A DNA stretch of 24,000 nt from Kineococcus sp. SYSU DK006 (GTDB lineage Bacteria; Actinomycetota; Actinomycetes; Actinomycetales; Kineococcaceae): positions 4,677 to 28,676 of the forward strand of contig NZ_JBJLSF010000018.1 of NCBI RefSeq assembly GCF_050871885.1, given 5' to 3'. The position numbers were made by a program, and so were the translations under genes. This document shows positions 7,440-12,977 of the stretch, in pieces; position 1 is the first letter of the stretch, and each line of letters starts with the position of its first letter. The notes below the pieces were generated by a model that was given only the letters and a program-made list of their open reading frames with translations, searched no databases and was not told where the DNA came from.

Positions 7440-8858
7440 GTGCGACGGGTGAGCACCAGCACCGCCCCGGCGCCGGGGATCTTCTCCCGCCACCACCTGC
7501 GCACCACCGTCGGCACGACGGCCCTGGTCTTCCTGACCGCCTTCGAGAGCCTGGCCGTCACGACGGTCATGCCGATCGTCAGCGCCGACCTCGACGGCCG
7601 CGGCGCGTACGCCACCGCGTTCTCGGCCACGCTCGCCGCGAGCGTGCTGGGGATGGTCGTCGCCGGCGGCTGGGCGGACCGGCGCGGGCCGGCGCGCCCG
7701 CTGCTGGCCGCCGTCGCCACCTTCGGCCTCGGCCTGCTGGCCGCCTCCCTGGCCCCGACGATGGGGGCCTTCGTCGCCGCGCGGTTCCTGCAGGGGCTGG
7801 GCGCGGGCGGGATCAGCGTGACGCTGTACGTCGTCGTCGCCCTCGTCTACCCGCCGCCGCTGCGCCCGGCGGTGTTCGGGGTGTTCGCCTCGGCGTGGGT
7901 GCTGCCCTCGCTCGTCGGGCCGCCGCTGGCGGGGCTGGTCGCCGAGTCGATCGGCTGGCCCTGGGTGTTCTCCGGCGTGCTGGTGCTCGTCCTCGCGGCC
8001 GCCGCGCTCGTGCTGCCGACCGTCCTGCGCATCCCGGCGCCCGCCGCCCCCGCGCGGGCGGGCTCGCCGGGCACCCGGTTCGCGCTGGCCGCCGGGGTCG
8101 CCGTCGCGGTCGTGGGCCTCAGCTCGGCGGGCAGCACCGGCCCGGCGCGCTGGGCGGTGGCCGCGCTCGCGCTCGCCGTGCTGGTGGTGTGCGTGCGGCC
8201 GCTGCTGCCGCGCGGGACCCTGAGCGCGCAGCACGGGATGCCCGCGACCGTGGCGCTGCGCGGCCTGCTCGCCGCGACGTTCTACAGCACCGAGGTGTAC
8301 CTGCCGCTGATGCTGCACGAGCGCTTCGGGGTGCCGGTGTGGGGGGCCGGGGTCGTGCTCACCGCCGCCGCGGTCTCCTGGGCCTCCGCCTCGGCGGTGC
8401 AGGGGCGGCTGGGCCACCGCCTCCCGCACGCGCTGGCCGTGCGCATCGGCACCGTGGCGCTGCTGGCCGGGGTGCTCGTCCAGGTCGCGACCGCGGTGCT
8501 GTCCCCGGCCGGGGCGGCGGGCCCGGCGGCCGCGGCCGCCGGCTGGTTCGTGGCCGGCCTGGGCATGGGGTTCGCCTTCCCGCGCACCACCGTCCTCGTC
8601 CTGGAGCTGTCCCCCGCCGGCGCCGAGGGGGCCGGGTCGGCCGCGCTGAACACCTCCGACGCGGCGGGCGGCGCGACCGCGCTGGCGCTCACCGGGCTGC
8701 TGTTCGGCGCGTTCTCGACGCTGTCGGGGTGGGCGGCGTTCGCCGGGACGCTGCCGCTGTGCGCGCTGCTGGCGGTGCTGGCGCTCCTGGTCGCCCGGCG
8801 GGTGCGCCTGCCCGCGGCGCACGGGGTGGCCGCGCCGGTCTCACAGGGCACGCACTGA
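7440..8858 (+). CDS. MFS transporter (probable 14-TM efflux type)
   Basis: The protein is multi-spanning and hydrophobic. It carries the MFS motif A-like GGWADRRGPARPLL after TM2. Length 472 aa. GTG start lies 25 nt after the LysR stop. Confidence 0.85.
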   Translation: MRRVSTSTAPAPGIFSRHHLRTTVGTTALVFLTAFESLAVTTVMPIVSADLDGRGAYATAFSATLAASVLGMVVAGGWADRRGPARPLLAAVATFGLGLLAASLAPTMGAFVAARFLQGLGAGGISVTLYVVVALVYPPPLRPAVFGVFASAWVLPSLVGPPLAGLVAESIGWPWVFSGVLVLVLAAAALVLPTVLRIPAPAAPARAGSPGTRFALAAGVAVAVVGLSSAGSTGPARWAVAALALAVLVVCVRPLLPRGTLSAQHGMPATVALRGLLAATFYSTEVYLPLMLHERFGVPVWGAGVVLTAAAVSWASASAVQGRLGHRLPHALAVRIGTVALLAGVLVQVATAVLSPAGAAGPAAAAAGWFVAGLGMGFAFPRTTVLVLELSPAGAEGAGSAALNTSDAAGGATALALTGLLFGAFSTLSGWAAFAGTLPLCALLAVLALLVARRVRLPAAHGVAAPVSQGTH

Positions 8859-8901
8859 CGGAGCACGGGTCCGGCACGGGGGAGGCCCCGACGGTGGGTG
8901 C

Positions 8902-9870
8902 ATGAGGAGCTCCCGCGACACCCGCCCCCGCTACGAGGGCCGCCCGCTGCCGCGCCCGCACGAGGACGTGGAGGACCAGGGCCTCGCCTTCGACATCGCC
9001 ACGATCACCAGCCGCCGCGGCGCGCTGCGCGCCCTCGGCCTCGGCGCGGTGGCCGCCGGCCTGACCGCCTGCGCCAGCACCGCCGAGGCCGGCTCGGCGA
9101 GCGGCACCACCAGCTCGGCGGGCGCCGGCGGCGCGCTCACCGAGATCCCCGACGAGACCGCCGGCCCCTACCCCGGCGACGGCTCCAACGGCGCGGACGT
9201 GCTGGAGCAGAGCGGTGTCGTGCGCAGCGACATCCGCTCCAGCTTCGGCACCTCCACCACCACCGCCGAGGGCGTGCCGATGACGCTCACGCTCTCGATC
9301 GTCGACATGGCCGGCGGGGACGTGCCCTTCGAGGGCGTCGCCGTCTACGTGTGGCACTGCGACCGCGCCGGGCGGTACTCGATGTACTCCGAGGACATCG
9401 CCGGCGAGAACTACCTGCGCGGGGTGCAGGTCGCCGACGCCGACGGGAACGTGAGCTTCACGAGCGTCTTCCCCGCCTGCTACGACGGCCGCTGGCCGCA
9501 CGTGCACTTCGAGGTCTACCCCGACGTGGACTCCACCACCGACGTCGCGAACTGCATCGCCACCTCCCAGCTGGCGATCCCGGCCGAGGCCGCCGCCGCC
9601 GTCTACGCCACCGCCGGCTACGAGCGGTCCGTCACCAACCTCGCGGAGGTCTCGCTCAGCAGCGACGGCGTCTTCGGCGACGACGGCGGCGCCACCCAGA
9701 CGCCCACGTGGTCCGGCGACGTCACCAGCGGCTACGCGCTGGCCCTCACCGTGGGCGTGGACACCACGACCACGCCCACGGCCGGGACGATGGCCGGGAT
9801 GGGCTCGGACTCCTCCGGCCACCCCGCCGGCGGCCCGCCGCCCGCGGGGGCGGGTCCCGCCCCCGCCTGA
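8902..9870 (+). CDS. intradiol ring-cleavage dioxygenase-like protein with Tat signal and lipobox (exported lipoprotein)
   Basis: Twin-arginine motif SRRGALRAL is followed by GLGAVAAGLTAC (lipobox L-T-A-C). The core ETAGPYPGDGSNG...VYVWHCDRAGRYS...YLRGVQVADADGNVSFTSVFPACYDGRWPHVHFEV matches the intradiol dioxygenase fold signature (Y..GR.PHIH.). The tail is Thr/Pro/Gly-rich. Confidence 0.8.
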   Translation: MRSSRDTRPRYEGRPLPRPHEDVEDQGLAFDIATITSRRGALRALGLGAVAAGLTACASTAEAGSASGTTSSAGAGGALTEIPDETAGPYPGDGSNGADVLEQSGVVRSDIRSSFGTSTTTAEGVPMTLTLSIVDMAGGDVPFEGVAVYVWHCDRAGRYSMYSEDIAGENYLRGVQVADADGNVSFTSVFPACYDGRWPHVHFEVYPDVDSTTDVANCIATSQLAIPAEAAAAVYATAGYERSVTNLAEVSLSSDGVFGDDGGATQTPTWSGDVTSGYALALTVGVDTTTTPTAGTMAGMGSDSSGHPAGGPPPAGAGPAPA

Positions 9871-9882
9871 GCGGGAGGGCCC

Positions 9883-10746
9883 TCAGCGGCGCGGGGGTGC
9901 CGCCCGCCGGGCCCGCCGGGCGGCCGGCAGCAGCGTCAGCGCCGCCTGCTGGGCCGCCGACCAGGCGGCGGAGACCGCCCAGTAGAGCAGCACCCCGACG
10001 GGGAAGTGCACGGCCGAGACCGCCACCACCACCGGGAGCACGACCTGCACGGCCGCCTGCCCGGGCACCGGCTCGGCGCCCCGGGCGGCCTGCTGCGCCG
10101 CCGACAGCCGCAGCACCAGCAGCTGCAGCAGCGCGCTCGCGGCCACGAGCAGGCCGGCGACGAGGACGGTCCGCGGGTCCGCGCCCCACGCGGCGGTCAG
10201 CGAGCCCGACAGCGGCGCACCGGCGAGCGTGGCGGCGCCCAGCTGCTCCAGCGGCGCACCCGAGAGCGGACCGACCGGGCGGGCGGCGGCCACCGCCTGC
10301 AGCGTGAGCGTGAGCGCGAGGAGCACCGGGGCCTGCAGCAGCCCCGGCAGGCAGCCGGCGAGCGGGCTGGTGCCCGCTCCCCGGTACAGCTCGGCCGTCC
10401 GCTGCTGCAGCTCGCGGCGGGCGGCGGGGTCGGTGCGCCCGCCGTAGCGGCGCTGCAGCGCCAGCAGCTGCGGGCGCAGCGCCGCGACGGTGGCCGCGGC
10501 GCGCTGCTGGCGCACGAACAGCGGCAGCAGCAGCGTGCGGGCGAGGACGACGAGGCCGACGACGGCCAGCGACCAGGCCGCTCCCCCGGCCGGGTCGAGA
10601 CCGGCGGCGGTCAGCAGCCCGTGCAGGAGGACCAGCACGTGGGCGACGGCCGCCTCGGCCGGCGCGAGGACGGCGTGGCCGAGGTCGAGCAGGGACGAGA
10701 GCAGGGACGAGGACGGCGACGAGGGCAGGGACGAGGGCAGGGGCAC
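9883..10746 (-). CDS. yidC: YidC/Oxa1-family membrane protein insertase, short paralog
   Basis: LLPLFVRQQRAAATVAALRPQLLALQRRYGGRTDPAARRELQQRTAELYRGAGTSPLAGCLPGLLQAPVLLAL matches the conserved 60-kDa-IMP core (..KQ..s...m..lqP.....kY......el..LY...g.nPl.GCLP.l.Q.Pi..al). LLYWAVSAAWSAAQQ lies near the C-terminus. GTG at 10746 is preceded by GGAG (10756-10753) with a 6-nt spacer. The N-terminal 20 residues are a Ser/Leu/Pro low-complexity stretch, so the exact start is uncertain. Confidence 0.8.
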   Translation of the reverse strand: MPLPSSLPSSPSSSLLSSLLDLGHAVLAPAEAAVAHVLVLLHGLLTAAGLDPAGGAAWSLAVVGLVVLARTLLLPLFVRQQRAAATVAALRPQLLALQRRYGGRTDPAARRELQQRTAELYRGAGTSPLAGCLPGLLQAPVLLALTLTLQAVAAARPVGPLSGAPLEQLGAATLAGAPLSGSLTAAWGADPRTVLVAGLLVAASALLQLLVLRLSAAQQAARGAEPVPGQAAVQVVLPVVVAVSAVHFPVGVLLYWAVSAAWSAAQQAALTLLPAARRARRAAPPRR

Positions 10747-10748
10747 GG

Positions 10749-10898
10749 CGGACTCCGGGATCGCGGGAACGGGGAGCGGCAGCTCCCGCGTCCGGTGCGG
10801 GGTCCTCGGGGCCGGGGTTCGAGCCGGGGTTCGAGCCGGGGTTCGAGCCGGGGTTCAGGCCGTGGACGCCGCGGGGCGCGGGAGCGGCGGCGCTCCCG
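10749..10898 (-). promoter_or_regulatory. candidate translational switch: duplicated, mutually exclusive GC stems linking the 3' end of the small ORF to the yidC SD
   Basis: All sequences below are read on the mRNA (minus) strand.
- CGGGAGC (10898-10892) pairs with GCTCCCG (10885-10879).
- A second CGGGAGC (10788-10782) lies inside CGCGGGAGC. It can pair with GCTCCC (10777-10772).
- As CGCGGGA (10790-10784) it pairs instead with TCCCGCG (10768-10762).
- CGGAC (10794-10790) is complementary to GTCCG (10753-10749), which lies between the SD and the GTG.
- GCTCCCG (10885-10879) is also perfectly complementary to the second CGGGAGC. Confidence 0.3.
10811..10858. repeat. 12-bp tandem repeat, three perfect copies plus one 10/12 copy
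   Basis: gccggggttcga occurs at 10811-10822, 10823-10834 and 10835-10846. A variant gccggggttcag follows at 10847-10858. The last copy contains the stop codon (10855-10857) of the small ORF. Confidence 0.9.
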
Positions 10899-11205
10899 GT
10901 GCCCGCGGCTGCGGGTTGCCCACGGCCGCCGGTTCGTTCTGCGGCAGCACCTCCGCGCGCACCCGCGACCGCCGCGGCGGTGCGGGGGCGATCGCGGTGA
11001 GCAGGACGGCGACGACGGCGCGGACGGCGACGACGCTGAGCAGGCAGGTGGCGGCGACGCCGAGCGCCGCGGCCAGCAGGGGGGTGTGGGCGCCGGCGGG
11101 CGGGACGACCGCCAGGGCCGTCAGCAGGGCCGTCAGCAGCGCCGGCACGAGCAGCAGCGCGGCGGAACCCCGCTCCGTCAGCGACGGGCGCGCGTGCGGC
11201 ACCAT
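10855..11205 (-). CDS. small two-TM membrane protein with Pro-rich C-terminal tail containing R-A-P-G; candidate ApcA/MifM-like regulatory nascent peptide for the downstream YidC paralog (possibly the DUF6412 family seen next to actinobacterial yidC paralogs)
   Basis: The ATG at 11205 is preceded by GGGGGAGGAGGG (11221-11210). Hydrophobic stretches span about residues 15-34 and 43-72, with a short PPAGAHTP loop between them. A basic PPRRSRVR cluster follows, and the tail reads ...NPQPRAPGAPPLPRPAASTA. TGA stop at 10855-10857. I recognise no enzymatic motif. Confidence 0.6.
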   Translation of the reverse strand: MVPHARPSLTERGSAALLLVPALLTALLTALAVVPPAGAHTPLLAAALGVAATCLLSVVAVRAVVAVLLTAIAPAPPRRSRVRAEVLPQNEPAAVGNPQPRAPGAPPLPRPAASTA

Positions 11206-11236
11206 CCGGCCCTCCTCCCCCTGCGGAACGAGCCTA

Positions 11237-11258
11237 GCGCCCGGTGGTGCCCGGGCGC
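11237..11258 (-). terminator. strong hairpin immediately after deoA (terminator or processing-site candidate)
   Basis: Perfect 8-bp GC stem: gcgcccgg (11237-11244) and ccgggcgc (11251-11258), with a 6-nt loop. It starts 5 nt after the deoA stop. On the mRNA strand the moderately U-containing UAGGCUCGUUCC follows. Confidence 0.45.
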
Positions 11259-11262
11259 CGCG

Positions 11263-12546
11263 TCAGGCGGTGACGCGCTCGTGCACCAGCGGCACCGCGG
11301 CCGGGGCGGTGGCGGTGATCGGGTACCCGCCCGCCAGGGCCTGCAGCGCCCAGTCGAAGCGCTCGGGGGTGTCGGTGTGCAGCGTCATCAGCCGCTGCCC
11401 GGCGCGCACCCGCTCGCCGCGCACGGCGTGCAGCTCGACACCGGCACCGGCCTGCACGGCCTCCTCGCGCCGCGAGCGCCCGGCGCCCAGGCGCCAGGCG
11501 GCGACGCCGACCGCGAGCGCGTCGACGTCGAGGAACCCGTCGGCGTCGGCGACGACGTCGGTGGTGTGCCGGGCCACCGGCAGGGCCGCGTCCGGGTCGC
11601 CGCCCTGGGCGGCGACCATGCGCCGCCAGGCGTCCATGGCCCGGCCGTCGGCGAGGGCGTCGGCGGGGTCGACCGCGTCGAGGCCGACGGCGGCGAGCAT
11701 CTCGCGGGCCAGCACCAGGGTGATCTCGACGAGGTCGGCGGGGCCGCCGCCGGCGAGGACCTCGACGGACTCGCGGACCTCCAGCGCGTTGCCCGCGGTG
11801 CGCCCCAGGACCGTCGACATGTCGGTGACCACGGCCGTGGTGCGCACCCCGGCGTCGGTGCCGAGGGCGACCATCGTGCGCGCCAGCTCCAGGGACTGCC
11901 CGAGCTCCTTCATGAAGGCGCCGGAACCGGTCTTGACGTCGAGGACGAGCGCGCTGGTGCCCTCGGCGATCTTCTTGCTCATGATGGAGCTGGCGATCAG
12001 CGGGATCGCCTCGACGGTGCCGGTGACGTCGCGCAGCGCGTAGAGCTTCTTGTCGGCCGGGGCGAGGTCGCCGGTGGCCGCGCAGATCACCGCGCCGACG
12101 TCGGTGAGCTGGCGGCGGATCTCCTCCAGCGACAGCGAGGCGCGCCAGCCGGGGATGGCCTCCAGCTTGTCCAGGGTGCCGCCGGTGTGCCCGAGCCCGC
12201 GGCCGGACAGCTGCGGGACGGCCGCCCCGCACGCGGCGACGAGCGGTGCCAGCGGCAGCGTGACCTTGTCGCCGACCCCGCCGGTGGAGTGCTTGTCCAC
12301 GCTGGGGCGGGGCAGGTCGGTGAAGTCCAGCCGCGCGCCGGAGGCGATCATCGCGGCCGTCCAGCGCGAGACCTCGCGCCGGCTCATGCCGTTGAGCAGC
12401 ACGGCCATCGCCAGCGCCGACATCTGCTCCTCGGCGACCTCGCCGCGGGTGTAGGCGTCGACCACCCAGTCGACCTGCTCGTCCGACAGCTCCCCCCGGT
12501 CGCGCTTGGTGCGGATGACGTCGACGGCGGCGAACTGCTGGCTCAC
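11263..12546 (-). CDS. deoA: thymidine phosphorylase (pyrimidine-nucleoside phosphorylase)
   Basis: DVIRTKRDRGELSDEQVDWVVDAYTRGEVAEEQMSALAMAVLLNGMSRRE...VDKHSTGGVGDKVTLPLAPLVAACG...SGRGLGHTGGTLDKLEAIPGW are hallmark DeoA motifs. The GTG at 12546 gives 427 aa and overlaps the cdd stop (GTGA). The track ORF extending to 12795 is an upstream extension into cdd. Confidence 0.93.
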   Translation of the reverse strand: MSQQFAAVDVIRTKRDRGELSDEQVDWVVDAYTRGEVAEEQMSALAMAVLLNGMSRREVSRWTAAMIASGARLDFTDLPRPSVDKHSTGGVGDKVTLPLAPLVAACGAAVPQLSGRGLGHTGGTLDKLEAIPGWRASLSLEEIRRQLTDVGAVICAATGDLAPADKKLYALRDVTGTVEAIPLIASSIMSKKIAEGTSALVLDVKTGSGAFMKELGQSLELARTMVALGTDAGVRTTAVVTDMSTVLGRTAGNALEVRESVEVLAGGGPADLVEITLVLAREMLAAVGLDAVDPADALADGRAMDAWRRMVAAQGGDPDAALPVARHTTDVVADADGFLDVDALAVGVAAWRLGAGRSRREEAVQAGAGVELHAVRGERVRAGQRLMTLHTDTPERFDWALQALAGGYPITATAPAAVPLVHERVTA

Positions 12547-12977
12547 TTCTGCGGGGCCTTCCTCGCGGGGTCTTCCAGGTCGTGCGGGCCGAACGCGTCG
12601 GGCAGCACCTCGGTCATCGGCAGCACCCCGCGCGGGGTGTCCACGAGCAGCTCGGGGCCGCCGAACTCGAACAGCAGCTGCCGGCAGCGCCCGCACGGCA
12701 TGAGCACGTTGCCGGCGGCGTCGACGCAGGCGAAGGCGACGAGCCGGCCGCCGCCGCTCATCCGCAGCTGCCCGACGAGGGTGCACTCCGCGCACAGCGT
12801 CACGCCGTAGGAGGCGTTCTCGACGTTCGCGCCGGTGACGACGCGGCCGTCGTCGACGAGCGCGGCCGCGCCGACGGGGAAGCCGGAGTACGGCGAGTAC
12901 GAGCGGGTCAGCGCCTCGCGGGCCGCGGTGCGCAGCGCGTCGAAGTCGTGGCCGGCCTCGGGTGCGGGGGTGCTCAT
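12543..12977 (-). CDS. cdd: cytidine deaminase (homotetrameric type)
   Basis: SYSPYSGFPVGAAAL...NVENASYGVTLCAECTLVGQL...PCGRCRQLLFEF contains the CAE and PCGxCRQ zinc-binding motifs. ATG at 12977 gives 144 aa and overlaps the upstream permease stop (ATGA). Confidence 0.93.
   Translation of the reverse strand: MSTPAPEAGHDFDALRTAAREALTRSYSPYSGFPVGAAALVDDGRVVTGANVENASYGVTLCAECTLVGQLRMSGGGRLVAFACVDAAGNVLMPCGRCRQLLFEFGGPELLVDTPRGVLPMTEVLPDAFGPHDLEDPARKAPQK

Noticed and set aside
9866-9886. Hairpin between the convergent dioxygenase-like and yidC stops as a bidirectional terminator
   Set aside because: It has only a 6-bp stem (ctgagg/cctcag) with a 9-nt loop, which is too weak to call at this GC content.
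10855-10857. TGA of the small ORF as a selenocysteine or programmed recoding site fusing it to YidC
   Set aside because: No SECIS-like element is evident beyond generic GC stems. The open downstream frame is expected by chance at this GC content, and the yidC gene has its own SD and GTG. I keep it only as a low-probability alternative in the findings.
10811-10858. Possibility that the 12-bp tandem array is a CRISPR array or part of a mobile element
   Set aside because: The repeats are contiguous with no spacers, far shorter than CRISPR repeats, and no cas, transposase or terminal inverted repeats are nearby.
4946-11262. The seven-gene block between add and deoA as a recently acquired genomic island
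   Set aside because: There is no integrase, transposase, flanking tRNA or direct repeats, and no visible drop in GC or change in codon style relative to the flanks. I treat it as a variable but native region.
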